A stretch of 64,000 nt of DNA from Planctomycetales bacterium (GCA_030612725.1 JAUWNJ010000011.1:14996-78995), one strand, 5' to 3'. Counted from the stretch's first letter, positions 9,701-19,355 are shown. Translations and numbers: made by a program. Notes: a model not told the origin generated them from the letters alone.

Positions 9701-12700
9701 TCCCATCGGACTTGTAGCCGCCATAGGAGATATCCCGATATCCGGCCAAGGCAACCTGCATCGCGTGGCCGTATTCGTGAATAGCCGTCTGGGGGCAATA
9801 CCGGGCATCGTGTGCCAACTGGATGACGTCCGTTCTCGTGTGGCAGCCGTAATCCGGGTTGCTATGTTCGATATGAATGACAGCGATCGGACGACGCTCG
9901 AACCCCGTATGCTGAAGGAACCAGTCGGCAGCGATGCGAATGCTTTCGATGGATATAAACAGGGGCATGTCGGCGGGGATGATGGTGATGCTGTCGGCAC
10001 GCAGCAGTTGTATAGTCCCGTCGGATACGTCGCACGCCAGTAACGGGCTCGTATGGCTCCAGGCTGAGAGGAGGTCAGCCCAACGGTCATCGGTTTCCGT
10101 CAGGCCGACCGGTTCGCCCTCGGGATAAAGCGAAACCCAGGTGGTATTCGGCCGATCAACTCTCGGGCATTGCACCCCGAAGGCGTACGGGTTGGCCGCC
10201 CGGATTACTATGTAATACTTTGCCAATGCCGGTGCGGTCGGGTTCGTTGGGTCAACCTCGTCATAATCCAGGTTCAGAAGGGGCAGGCCCTGGAGGTCGT
10301 TGATGTAAGTGAAGGTGCCGTCAAGGCTGGCATAGATCGAGCCGGTTTCGTCGTTGATGACAGCCACGAGGTCGTCGCACTGGTCGGTAACCTCACCGGG
10401 ATCATAGTCGCGCTGGCCGTCCTGTTCCCACAACTCGATGCGCACCTGTGCCGCCCGGTCAGATAGTTCCGGCGTCTTGCTATCGAGCGTGTAGTGAACG
10501 GTTCCGGATACGTTCACCTCGCCCACGCGCGCATCGGCGAGCAACGCTTCGCGCGTAAATGTCATCGCCGGGTTGTCTTCCATGAGCTCCGGCGGGTCCT
10601 CGTACGTAATCGGTGTCGGTGACTCGTCATCCGAACCGTCGATATGTCCGGCAGAGCCAGACGCATCGGAGGCGTCGGGCTCCCCTTCAACGACGGTTGT
10701 TGATCCGCCCTCCGCTTCACCGGTTTCCGCGGGCGCCACGAGGGCGGTCGTTAACGGGCCTGTCGATACCGAACCGTCGGTCTCCATGACGAATGTTACC
10801 GCACAGCCATCTGTTGCTTCCCCGCCGAGACCATTCCCGTTCTGGTCGAGCGTCAGGCCTGCCCGATCGCGAATACCGGCCCCCAGGACCATGCGATACT
10901 CGCCGGTCTCCGTCTGTATCGGGAAGGAAACGCGGTAAAGTCGGTCCACCACTCGCGTGATGACCAGCGGTTCAATCGACAGAGCGGACGGGCCTGTCAG
11001 GACAACCTGGTCGAGCGGGAAGTCCGCCGGGTTGATCGCTTCGCTGAAAATCAGATCGACGGCCTGCACCCCTGTCTCATCGGCAATGATGTCATGATCG
11101 ATGACGTATGGTGGGGTCGTATCGGTCAGGCCCCCGCCACCGCCAAGGGATTTGGCGAACAGGTCGCTCATAATGTCGGCAACGAGGATGTTCGGTTGGT
11201 CGCCGACGAAGGGCGATTCGACCAGTCTGTCTATGAGGCCGAGAAGCACCTCGGACCATGTTTCCCCGGCGACGGCCTCGAAGACACGCCAGTTGGCCAT
11301 CCAGACCTCGGCATCACTGGCATAGGGAGGTTGATAACGACGTCCCAGCGCGTCCCAGTCGATTACCGCGTCATCCCCGCCGACTGTGTAGCCCTCAACG
11401 GAGAAGGAGTAGTATCCTTCCTCCATCTTGGCGCAGTGAACGATGATCTGTTCACGCTGGCCCGGACGCAGGATATTCACCGGACCGGATGGACTGTAAC
11501 CGAGCAATTGAAGTTGCCCGACGCCCGCGGTCGCTCCAAGCGTGAGTCCCAACTGCGCCTCAGCGGGACCGGTCATGGCCAACAGCGGCACGAGCATGTC
11601 GGCATCGCCTGTGTTGGCATACTCGACGCGCATGCTGAACGGGCACACCAACACCGCGAAGGGGACGCCGAGACCCACATCGAGCTTGGCCCCCTGTCCT
11701 TCGACGACGGTCAAGCCGCCAATCAGCAGTGCGGAGGTTCCGTCCGGTGCGGTGACTCGCACGTCATAGGCGCCGATGGCCCGTCCCTCAAGGTCAAAGG
11801 TCGCGAAGACGGTTGCGGCATCCTGAAAGTGAACCGCCGAGGCTGCCAGGGGGTCGCCATCCGATCCGATCAACTCGCAGGTCATCGCCGGGTCGAACTG
11901 TGCGCCGCCAAGCTCCACGGTTGCGGATCCGGCGTTGCCCACCGAACCCGGCGTCACCGCGGTTACGTCGAAGGCCAGCACGTCGGCCGAGAGGTCGAAG
12001 GCGCAGTCTGCCGGGGCCGATTCGGCCCGGACCATGACGTAATAGGTTCCACCCATGGTGGTCGGAATCGTAACGCTCTGATCAGCCTGGTAAGGCTCGC
12101 CGTGAAGGTAGTCGAAATCTCCCCTTGTCGGCATGCGTTCGAAGGCCACGTAAACCTCGAACATCGCGCTATCGTCCGCCGCGTCGAGAGCAAGTCGAAC
12201 CGTCTCCCCTGCGGTTGCGTCCACACGATAACAGACGAATTCCCCGGCGGACAACACGCCCGAAACCGCACCATTGAGCGGCAGCGCCTCGCAATCGATC
12301 TCGACCGCGAGCAGGCTGGCGGCGGCATTGTTGCTTTCGTCGGTTTCCGGCAGGGCATTGAGAATGTCCGAACGCACAATCACCTTATAACTGCCCGGCG
12401 CCACCGGAGGCAGCACATCGATAAAGGTCTCGCTGTAGTTCTCTCCGGCAGCAACCGTGCCCACGTGCTCCACGCGTCCCACGAACACATCACCGATATC
12501 CCACGTATCATCCGCGGACAGATACAGGGAATCATGCCACAGGCCGATCGCGTCATTGGGTCCAAGGTTGCCGACCGAATAGGTCAGCGAAATCGACTGT
12601 CCGGGAAACGCATTGGCGGGAATGTCGATCGTGCCGGCCACCAGATCGCATGGCTCGGCCAGGCGGATGAGAACTGTCCGGGTGGACACGGCACGGTTGC

Positions 12701-15700
12701 TCTGGGGGGTGCTGTCCGATTCGTAAAGATAGGACGTGGCGTTCCAGTTCAGCACGGGAACATTGGCCGTCACGAAGACGTAGAAAAGCCCGGTCAGTCC
12801 CTGCGGCAGGATGAACGCGTGCGACGTTGTTTTCGAGCCGCTCGCAGCAATTGCCCCCACCTGGGAGGCCACCCCGAGGTATATATCGGTTTGCTTATCA
12901 AATACGGCATCTCGGGAGAGGTACACCGCGTCCATCCAGTATTTGTCGGCTTCAACAGCGCCGGCGCCGATATTGCGGAGGGTCCACGCGAGCGTCACAG
13001 ACTGCCCGGCGATTGCGCCGACCGGAACCGAAATGTCTTCGACAATAAGGTCCGGGACAGGGGTAAAGTGAATTGTGGTCGCCTGGGCGGCGGTTGTGGT
13101 GTTGTTGCTCTCGGACGGGACCTCTATGACACTGCCCGTCCACGCCGTCTTCCAGGGTGAGTCGGTCATCACGCGCACGTAGTATTCGCCGCTTATCCAT
13201 CGGGGCAGCGTGAAGACGGCATTGCTGGTATAAGTTTCTCCGACACCCAGCGACCGGGCAGAGGGCACGATTTCCAGGAACAAGGTATCGCCGGGATCGT
13301 TGACATTGATCAGGCCGACGGCGTCGCTCCACCCGATCCAGCCTGTCCCCGCCGGGCCTGTATTCTGAACGGTCCATTGCACATTCAGTTCCTGACCGGA
13401 CCAAACCACCGCGTCGGCGATCACGTTCGTCGTCACCAGGTCAGGCGTCTGAAGCGTCAGCGTCAAAGGCACGGCGTCAACATTGTTGGCCTCGCGGTCG
13501 TCTTCAAAGACCCGGTCATCGGCATCGGCCACCGCAATCAGGTAGTAATCGCCCGGCAATACCCAGGGCCACTGCGGCATCTCGACCTGAACCATGTCCG
13601 TGTATGACTGCCCCGCGTTGAGCAAGCCCGAGCGATTGAACTCGCCGACCAACGTGTCGTCGAGAGACCATTGATCGTCTGCCGAAAGGTAGAACTCCTC
13701 CAACCAGGCAGTTCTGACCGTGTCTGTCTCGCCGACGTTCGTAACCGTTATACGCACCCAGGTCGTCTGATCAATGCCCGCTACGATGGCCCCACCGGAA
13801 AGCGAAAGCGACAGGTCCGCCGCGGCAAAGGTGACGTCAATAGGCTGGCCGGACACGAGGACGTTGTTATCCTCGTCGAGTTCGCCGATCCGGTTGGACG
13901 CGTCCAGCCGGACGATCACGTAATAAGCGCCTTCTGCGTCCTCGGGCAGCGTCGCCGAAACGACCGACGTCCGCACAGCATCGATGCCGAGTCCGCCCCG
14001 GTGTATCCGCTCGCCGACTTTGACGTCCATCACATCCCACAATGCATCCCGCGAAAGATAGATCTCGTCGGTCCAGGTCGGTATGACGGTGTCGGCTGTG
14101 CCGCGGTTCGCCGTTCGGTAAGTCGCCTCAATACGATGTCCGGAAATCGCCTCGCTCGGCACAACGAAGCCGTCGCCTTCCAGGTCCGGCGCGAGAAGAT
14201 ATATGACGACCGTCTCGGTCGAGGCCGTCAGGTTGTTGGTCTCGGCAGCACGCTCATAGACGGCCCCGGGCGTCTTGTTGGCCATGAGTTCGTCGAGCAC
14301 CCACATGTCGGTGGCGACCAACACGTAATAGTCGCCATGCATCTCGGGCGGCACCACAAACGATGCGGTTGCCTCGTAGGTTTCACCGGCCGCGAGGAAG
14401 CCCTCGTGCCACGTCAGGCCCAGCCGGATATCATCGTCCGACAATTCCGTGTCGATCGAGAGATAGACGCCGTCAATCCATTCGTCTGAACCCGTCACAG
14501 CGACGCCCATGTTGCTTACCTGCCAGGTCACCGTTATCGTCTGTGTCGAGAACGCGACCGGCGGCGGTGTCACGGAGACCACCTGGAGATCGGGGGAGGG
14601 TGCGGGCTGAATCACGAAAGGACCACCGGCGGCGAAGTTGTCCGAGTCGTATTCATACTCCCAGACCTGGTGGTATATGTCGGTAACCACCAGGATGTGA
14701 TACGTCCCCTCCACGTCTTCGGGCAGCGTAAAGAGCAATGAACTGACATGACTGTCCCCGGTATCGAGATACGACACGTTCGCTACCAAGCCAAGGTAGA
14801 TGTCCTCGTTTTCACCCGTGTCGAGTTGATCGTCCTGGCTGAGCCAGACTTCGTCGTACCATCGTGCCGCGTTCGTCGAGCCTGTGCCCGCATTCGTAAC
14901 CGTCCAGGTCACCTCGATGGTCTGGCCCGAAAGCGGCGCCGCCGGAACCGTGATGTCCGAAACCTGCAGGTTCGGATACGAGCACAGCAGCACCTCAACC
15001 AGTCCCGCCGAGAGGACATTGTTGTCGTTATCCGTCTCTACAATGCTGTTGCCGCTGTCGGTCTTTACCAACAGGTAATAAGACCCCTGCTCTTCGATGG
15101 GAATGTCTAGCGTCTGGATCCGCGTGACCGATTCGCCCGGCGCCAGCGAAGCACCCGAGTAGGCAAACCCTTCCGAAATCGTGTTACCGAGCGAGCCGAT
15201 GTCATCATCTTCAGACAGCACAACCTGGTCGGTCCAGTAACCCGGGGCTTCGGCCTCGCCTGTGTTTGTCACCGTCCAGGTTACCTGCAACGGCTGACCG
15301 GAGATCACCTGTTCGGCAACGATTACCTCCGTCACGACTAGGTCTGCGCGCGGCGGATAGGCCACTTCCAGCGGCACCGCCACGATGTTGTTCGTCTCGT
15401 CTGATTCGGCCAGGCGGAAGATTTCATTGGGCTGCAGCAAAGGACAATCGACGCTGAAGAGAAGCCACCCTGCTCCCAGCGTTTCACTCGGCAGATTGAC
15501 CGTGCGATTGAAGGTGTAACTCTCTCCTTCAGCCAATAAAGGTAACGATGACACGTATCTTTTAGAGGCCACACTGCGGTCTGTCGCATCCAGCACTTCA
15601 TCCGACGACCAGTAAACGCGATCGGTCCATTCAGGCACGGCCAGGCCTTCGCCGATGTTCTCGACGGTCCAGGAGAGATCAACTGATTCGCCCGGTTCAG

Positions 15701-16964
15701 CCGTTGCCGGAGACGACGTGCCCGTCACAACCAGGTCCGGTTTCGTGATGGCCAGGGCAATGACGACCACGTTGTTGTCGTCGTTAAGTTCCGTGAGATT
15801 GTAGGTCGCGTCCGTAACCAGAATGAGAAAGCTGGAATTCGAGTCGTCCTGGGGAAGGCGGATATGGGCATTAACTACGTACTGTCCGCCGACCGCCAGG
15901 CCGACCGACTCGTTGTGCGTTACCAAGGCCAACTCCGAGTCGCTGTATCGATCCCAGATGTCATCGGTGGAGTAGTAAACACGGTCATACCAGGTTGTGC
16001 CCGACGGCACCGGCAGGTCCCCGGCGTTTTCGACAACAAATGACAGGTCGAACTCGAGACGGGGTGAGAGGGTTTGGGGGATACCTGACCACGAATCGAC
16101 AATCAGGTCGGGTCCGGCGATGTCAATCGTCACGGTGGAAGCGTTGTTCGTCGCGTCGATTTCAGGAAGCCGGGCACCGCCGTCAGCAGTGACGATGAGA
16201 TAGTAATTGCCCTCCGACTCCGGAACGGCGTTCAGCGTCACCGTCTTCGAACCGATGTAGGACGCCCCTTCGGCCAGGGCAACCTTCCGGTATGCGCTGC
16301 CAAGTGAGACGTCTTCGGCATTCAGCGTCGCGTCTCCAGACAGGTACAGGTAGTCGTACCAGGAGGTGTCACCTTCGATTTCTCCGGGGCCTTGGTTCTG
16401 GACTGTCCAGGAGACGGTGATTGATTCGCCCAGGCTGGCTGAAACAGGGGCGGTGATGTCCGTAACGACCAGGTCGCCGCTGCCTACGATGAAGGGCACG
16501 GCGAGCACATTGTTGTCGCGGGCCGAATCGACGTAGCTGTAGACGTCCGCAAGGGCAAGCAGGTAGTAGGAACCGGGCTCGACGCTGGAGGGAATGCGGA
16601 ACGATTCATTAACGGTATAAGACTCGCCGGGGTTCAGTGGATCATCGCGATCGGGTCCTGCACCGATCCACCGGTCCACGCCGTAGCCGTCCCAGACGGC
16701 GTCGGTCGAGAGAAACACCTCGTCCCACCAGTACGCTTCGCTATCGGTGGGCTCATCGCCGATGTTCTCAACCGTCCAATCGACACTGACATAGTTGCCC
16801 GGTGCACAGTGGCCCGGACTGGAGATATTAACCACCGCCAGATCGGCACTGAGCATGAGCCGTGGCTCCAGTGCCTCCATCACGGCCGGCGATCCCACGG
16901 CTACATTTCGCCCGCGCTCGACGCTGCACTCTCGTGAGTTCGTCCTGTGATGCGTTTCTGCCAT
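6747..16964 (-). CDS. giant (3405 aa) secreted multidomain protein with CARDB-like repeats, PPC and IPT-like domains, an HEXXH metalloprotease-like region, and two C-terminal Ig-like plus dockerin-type modules
   Basis: The N-terminus carries LEPRLMLSA. About 12 repeats of ~115-125 aa each start with (P/A)DL.V and contain W.V.N.G and Y.V.V.D..N...E..E.NN, which is CARDB-like. HEYGH is encoded at 9765-9779 (about aa 2396). PPC-like segments are present (DTFTFSL...GDLDLVV). There is a DPNDILGPAGYG...YTIRFEN module. Two dockerin-like EF-hand pairs are present (DVDGDRDVDRSD / DYDGNGLVDDID and GDWNGDLDVDFTD / DYDGDGDVDIFD). Confidence 0.85.
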   Translation of the reverse strand: MAETHHRTNSRECSVERGRNVAVGSPAVMEALEPRLMLSADLAVVNISSPGHCAPGNYVSVDWTVENIGDEPTDSEAYWWDEVFLSTDAVWDGYGVDRWIGAGPDRDDPLNPGESYTVNESFRIPSSVEPGSYYLLALADVYSYVDSARDNNVLAVPFIVGSGDLVVTDITAPVSASLGESITVSWTVQNQGPGEIEGDTSWYDYLYLSGDATLNAEDVSLGSAYRKVALAEGASYIGSKTVTLNAVPESEGNYYLIVTADGGARLPEIDATNNASTVTIDIAGPDLIVDSWSGIPQTLSPRLEFDLSFVVENAGDLPVPSGTTWYDRVYYSTDDIWDRYSDSELALVTHNESVGLAVGGQYVVNAHIRLPQDDSNSSFLILVTDATYNLTELNDDNNVVVIALAITKPDLVVTGTSSPATAEPGESVDLSWTVENIGEGLAVPEWTDRVYWSSDEVLDATDRSVASKRYVSSLPLLAEGESYTFNRTVNLPSETLGAGWLLFSVDCPLLQPNEIFRLAESDETNNIVAVPLEVAYPPRADLVVTEVIVAEQVISGQPLQVTWTVTNTGEAEAPGYWTDQVVLSEDDDIGSLGNTISEGFAYSGASLAPGESVTRIQTLDIPIEEQGSYYLLVKTDSGNSIVETDNDNNVLSAGLVEVLLCSYPNLQVSDITVPAAPLSGQTIEVTWTVTNAGTGSTNAARWYDEVWLSQDDQLDTGENEDIYLGLVANVSYLDTGDSHVSSLLFTLPEDVEGTYHILVVTDIYHQVWEYEYDSDNFAAGGPFVIQPAPSPDLQVVSVTPPPVAFSTQTITVTWQVSNMGVAVTGSDEWIDGVYLSIDTELSDDDIRLGLTWHEGFLAAGETYEATASFVVPPEMHGDYYVLVATDMWVLDELMANKTPGAVYERAAETNNLTASTETVVIYLLAPDLEGDGFVVPSEAISGHRIEATYRTANRGTADTVIPTWTDEIYLSRDALWDVMDVKVGERIHRGGLGIDAVRTSVVSATLPEDAEGAYYVIVRLDASNRIGELDEDNNVLVSGQPIDVTFAAADLSLSLSGGAIVAGIDQTTWVRITVTNVGETDTVRTAWLEEFYLSADDQWSLDDTLVGEFNRSGLLNAGQSYTDMVQVEMPQWPWVLPGDYYLIAVADADDRVFEDDREANNVDAVPLTLTLQTPDLVTTNVIADAVVWSGQELNVQWTVQNTGPAGTGWIGWSDAVGLINVNDPGDTLFLEIVPSARSLGVGETYTSNAVFTLPRWISGEYYVRVMTDSPWKTAWTGSVIEVPSESNNTTTAAQATTIHFTPVPDLIVEDISVPVGAIAGQSVTLAWTLRNIGAGAVEADKYWMDAVYLSRDAVFDKQTDIYLGVASQVGAIAASGSKTTSHAFILPQGLTGLFYVFVTANVPVLNWNATSYLYESDSTPQSNRAVSTRTVLIRLAEPCDLVAGTIDIPANAFPGQSISLTYSVGNLGPNDAIGLWHDSLYLSADDTWDIGDVFVGRVEHVGTVAAGENYSETFIDVLPPVAPGSYKVIVRSDILNALPETDESNNAAASLLAVEIDCEALPLNGAVSGVLSAGEFVCYRVDATAGETVRLALDAADDSAMFEVYVAFERMPTRGDFDYLHGEPYQADQSVTIPTTMGGTYYVMVRAESAPADCAFDLSADVLAFDVTAVTPGSVGNAGSATVELGGAQFDPAMTCELIGSDGDPLAASAVHFQDAATVFATFDLEGRAIGAYDVRVTAPDGTSALLIGGLTVVEGQGAKLDVGLGVPFAVLVCPFSMRVEYANTGDADMLVPLLAMTGPAEAQLGLTLGATAGVGQLQLLGYSPSGPVNILRPGQREQIIVHCAKMEEGYYSFSVEGYTVGGDDAVIDWDALGRRYQPPYASDAEVWMANWRVFEAVAGETWSEVLLGLIDRLVESPFVGDQPNILVADIMSDLFAKSLGGGGGLTDTTPPYVIDHDIIADETGVQAVDLIFSEAINPADFPLDQVVLTGPSALSIEPLVITRVVDRLYRVSFPIQTETGEYRMVLGAGIRDRAGLTLDQNGNGLGGEATDGCAVTFVMETDGSVSTGPLTTALVAPAETGEAEGGSTTVVEGEPDASDASGSAGHIDGSDDESPTPITYEDPPELMEDNPAMTFTREALLADARVGEVNVSGTVHYTLDSKTPELSDRAAQVRIELWEQDGQRDYDPGEVTDQCDDLVAVINDETGSIYASLDGTFTYINDLQGLPLLNLDYDEVDPTNPTAPALAKYYIVIRAANPYAFGVQCPRVDRPNTTWVSLYPEGEPVGLTETDDRWADLLSAWSHTSPLLACDVSDGTIQLLRADSITIIPADMPLFISIESIRIAADWFLQHTGFERRPIAVIHIEHSNPDYGCHTRTDVIQLAHDARYCPQTAIHEYGHAMQVALAGYRDISYGGYKSDGTFTSGPYGLITESKSEEGTYTNTAFAEGWAVFFASAVTEGWQYEQNPGSTGSHERVDYNRSSQFLDTNDFWMGADAYGYQTSPSERIFNSSNLSASFNKDGVNDNASTGDLVLGGIASIFWDIYRNLGALYQLRIAMQGAPALTSSLMALYNAWPGAKRALDVIFIDHGVSVTDDAYGTCGGLGMLTETRRIDGLIMSCDGANEHDTFTFSLPAISWGEPKTYTSTISINFDKTYGDLDLVVEKRDGNGNIEIQKDVVKGGSVARVRLSGLKSNESYAITVKVYGHGAFGYGDGFGGDFHPDYALVISPNLPTWLETEDPNYPPGDGPQPGGSDEKKVWVTEPWDPNDILGPAGYGPLNWLAADSTMEYTIRFENYATATAAARQVVVTQQLDEDLDWRSFRVGDFGFGATWVSVEADRTFYSGRIDATDAIGVYVDAYVALDIHTGQVTFSLTAIDPTTGQMTMDPALGLLLPEDGTGCGQGFFTYSIRPKDDVVTGTVIDAKATITFDTQPPIDTPEISHTLDADKPSASVELVDDVAITTAFTASWSAADAPGGSGLAAVDVYVSDNGGSWEMWQQQATFSAAPFIGESGHTYSFCTIASDNAGNIEQESFIAEDKIDVWDAGIPPTVESVTVNDGSIQRSMVWDIKLLFDQPVFLDAGALSLISEAGTPVGTLTTNPSGDQRTYLITFTDPAVIGGSLPDGWYRMSARSAKVTNLGELPMTEDNIFEFFRLFGDVDGDRDVDRSDYIQIRGTLNKSDGQAGFNSAFDYDGNGLVDDIDVGEIRSRLNTWLDEPAFPEPTTTQAQTLATSVAEPQIESVMVNDGAAQRSMVSSLTVTFDQAVQTSPAAFVLTRSDGLTVDLSVSNPSGDGRTFVLTFDGPGIVGGSLADGLYSLTVCRNLLIDLGGNSLTGEDDTFSFHRFYGDWNGDLDVDFTDVMGLIRTYGSRSGLRTYDIAFDYDGDGDVDIFDVMPMIYNYRKTLT

Positions 16965-17121
16965 GCTTTACGCTTCTCGCTCTTGCCCCAGACAAATGCG
17001 TTCGGGTACGCGGCGTACCGCAACAAGCACCCAAAGCGAAAACAATAGAACCTAACTGGAAACAGCACTGGAAACCGCAATCATCTCTTGAAACTCTCCT
17101 TTTATATGCACGTAGATAATC

Positions 17122-17149
17122 AGTATAATAGAAGATTGGGTTTTGTCAA
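17122..17149 (-). promoter_or_regulatory. sigma70-type promoter for the giant gene
   Basis: On the minus strand: TTGACA (plus-strand tgtcaa, 17144-17149), a 16-nt spacer, and TATACT (17122-17127), about 150 nt upstream of the start at 16964. Confidence 0.5.
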
Positions 17150-17331
17150 TCCAGAACTGCCTGAACATCGTCACTTGGTATGGCACGCGCCTTGCGCCGC
17201 TCATGCAACCCGGAGGCCGCCGGGGGCGAAATTAGTGCAATGAATGCACAAAATTCCCTTGGCTTTGTCGTCGACTTCTTGCCCCCTGTGCCGTAAGAGG
17301 TTACGGCGATTACGCATGCGTCCGGCTCCTC

Positions 17332-17649
17332 GTGGATAGAGTGACTGTTAACCGCTGGGTTGGAGGGTATATCGAATCGTTCAACGGAAAACTTAGAGAC
17401 GAGTGCCTTAATGGAGAGCTGTTCCTAAGTCTGATCGAGGCGAGATATATTGTGGATCGTTGGCAGCTGGATTATAATCACCATAGGCCGCACAGTATGT
17501 TAGATTGGATGACGCCTGCGGCGTGTACGGCGTCATGCCCCGTAAGTGTAAGTGGGTGCTCGTGTGTTCCTCCGGCTTCGGCTACGCCTCAGCCTCCGGA
17601 ACACACGAATGAGAACATGGCCCCGACTCTCACAGAAGTTGGTACATAA
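17332..17649 (+). pseudogene. IS3-family transposase (OrfB) C-terminal fragment
   Basis: GYIESFNGKLRDECLNGELFLSLIEARYIVDRWQLDYNHHRPHSMLDWMTPA is the conserved tail of the IS3 DDE integrase core. The catalytic core and OrfA are absent, and no terminal inverted repeats were seen. Confidence 0.75.
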
Positions 17650-17671
17650 TTCGGGGGCAGGTCATCGTCAA

Positions 17672-17797
17672 GGTTGTCGTCAGTGGGATATCGGTCCCCA
17701 TTGAAAAAAAATAGTCTTGACGCAACCATCTATATGACAAAGAGTTAACCTAATAATGGTAGGGTGTCCGAGTGGCCGAAGGATCCGGTCTTGAAAA
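17672..17797 (+). repeat. 126-bp direct repeat, copy 1 (upstream region plus 5' half of tRNA-Ser)
   Basis: It aligns with 30333-30458 at about 85-90% identity by eye, with 1-2 single-base indels. Similarity stops exactly after cttgaaaa, the anticodon loop. Confidence 0.85.
17758..17797 (+). pseudogene. truncated tRNA-Ser(UGA): 5' 40 nt only (acceptor 5' strand, D arm, anticodon stem 5' strand and loop)
   Basis: ggtagggtgtccgagtggccgaaggatccggtcttgaaaa matches the intact gene at 30419-30458 with one D-loop mismatch. The sequence then diverges, with no variable arm, T arm or acceptor 3' strand. Confidence 0.8.
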
Positions 17798-18185
17798 TCT
17801 TCCTTGCATTTCCTGGGAAGACCTTTGTTTTTCGTTAGTTACGGAATACGACAGGACTTAGCCTTCTGTTGGCAATACCGCCTGAACCGCCTCAAACCGC
17901 TCTACCGGTTGTCGCGACAACCGGCTTGTCTCAAGGTAACGGTTCAAGAAACCCACCGCGGGGAATCAAAACACAGGCCGCGGTTATTCCATAACAGGTT
18001 TTTTCATAATCATCCGCTGGAACGTAGCCGGTGGTTTCGAATATGTAGCGGCGTGATGCAGTCAGTTGCCGTTTCAAACACTTTCGAGTCATGCTGAACA
18101 CCTCACGATTGATTCCAGGCTGATATTCTGTAAGATTCTTCCATGGGTCGTTGTTGCCGCTGTGGTGACGAAGTGTTGAAAGTGT

Positions 18186-19355
18186 ATGAGGTTTGAATTC
18201 TTTTCTTCCGGGTCGATGGATCAGAAAAAGACAGAATATGCCGCTCTGCGGGAGCGGGTAAAAGAGCTGACGTGTCTCTACAGCCTCTCGCAGCTTGCCA
18301 CGCGGTCAGGCGCTACGCTCGAAGAGATTCTCCAGGGCTGCGTAAGACTGCTACCGCCCGCCTGGCAGTATCCTGAAATCACGGCTGGGCGCATCGTTCT
18401 CGATGACCGTTCCTATGTAACAGCGAACTTCCGAGAAAGCCCGCACAGGCAGTCGGCTGACATTGTGGTGAACGGCGAGCGGCGCGGCGCTGTTGACGTA
18501 GTGTACATCGAAGAAAGGCCGGAGTGCGACGAAGGCCCGTTTCTGAAGGAGGAGCGGCATCTCATTGCCGCCGTCGCACAGCAGATCGCCCTCATTGTCG
18601 AACGGCGGCAAGCCGCTGAAGAAAAAACTCGTTTGCGGGAGCAGTTACGCCGGGCCGACCGTCTGGCGACTATCGGACAGCTTGCCGCGGGCGTTGCGCA
18701 CGAACTGAATGAACCGCTGGGCAACATATTAGGCTTCGCTCAACTCGCACAGAAACACCCCGATCTTCCGAAACAAATATTTCAGGATATCGAGAAGATC
18801 GTTACGGCGTCGCTTCATGGCCGGGAGATTATCAAGAAGTTGATGCTGTTCGCTCGCAAAACCCCGCCCCGGAAAGAACAGGTCGATCTCAATGACGTGG
18901 TTGAACAATCGCTACATCTCCTTGAGTCGCGGTGTACCAGGAACGGCGTGGACCTTATTCTACGCTTGTCGCCGGAGATTCCGCAGATAACCGCCGATCC
19001 GTCGCAATTGCAGCAGGTACTGGTTAACCTCGTGGTCAACGCCATTCAGGCGATGCCGTCCGGAGGCGTCCTGACAATTACCACGAGCGTATTCGATAGT
19101 AACGTGGTGCTGGTCGTCGCCGACAACGGAGTCGGAATGAGTGAGCGGGAACTCAAACAGATATTCGTCCCATTCTTCACTACCAAGGACATCAATGAGG
19201 GCACGGGGCTTGGCCTTCCGGTAGTTCATGGTATCATAACATCGCACAGGGGCACGATTCGTGTTGAAAGCACTCCAGGCCAGGGCACTCGGTTCGAGGT
19301 TCGGCTTCCCATTGTCGCGGCTGATGAGTGCGAGGAAGAACACTGGAATGACTGA
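18186..19355 (+). CDS. sensor histidine kinase (cytoplasmic; N-terminal sensory domain, HisKA, HATPase_c)
   Basis: 389 aa. H-box VAHELNEPLGNILGF, N-box LVNLVVNAIQA, and G-boxes DNGVGM / GTGLGL. No TM segment is obvious. The start could instead be the Met at 18216. Confidence 0.85.
   Translation: MRFEFFSSGSMDQKKTEYAALRERVKELTCLYSLSQLATRSGATLEEILQGCVRLLPPAWQYPEITAGRIVLDDRSYVTANFRESPHRQSADIVVNGERRGAVDVVYIEERPECDEGPFLKEERHLIAAVAQQIALIVERRQAAEEKTRLREQLRRADRLATIGQLAAGVAHELNEPLGNILGFAQLAQKHPDLPKQIFQDIEKIVTASLHGREIIKKLMLFARKTPPRKEQVDLNDVVEQSLHLLESRCTRNGVDLILRLSPEIPQITADPSQLQQVLVNLVVNAIQAMPSGGVLTITTSVFDSNVVLVVADNGVGMSERELKQIFVPFFTTKDINEGTGLGLPVVHGIITSHRGTIRVESTPGQGTRFEVRLPIVAADECEEEHWND

Noticed and set aside
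11094-13160. 688-aa plus-strand ORF inside the giant gene region
   Set aside because: It is antisense to the 3405-aa CDS. It is Arg/Gly/His-rich and low in complexity, as is typical of spurious open frames in high-GC DNA. The opposite strand has clear repeated-domain structure.
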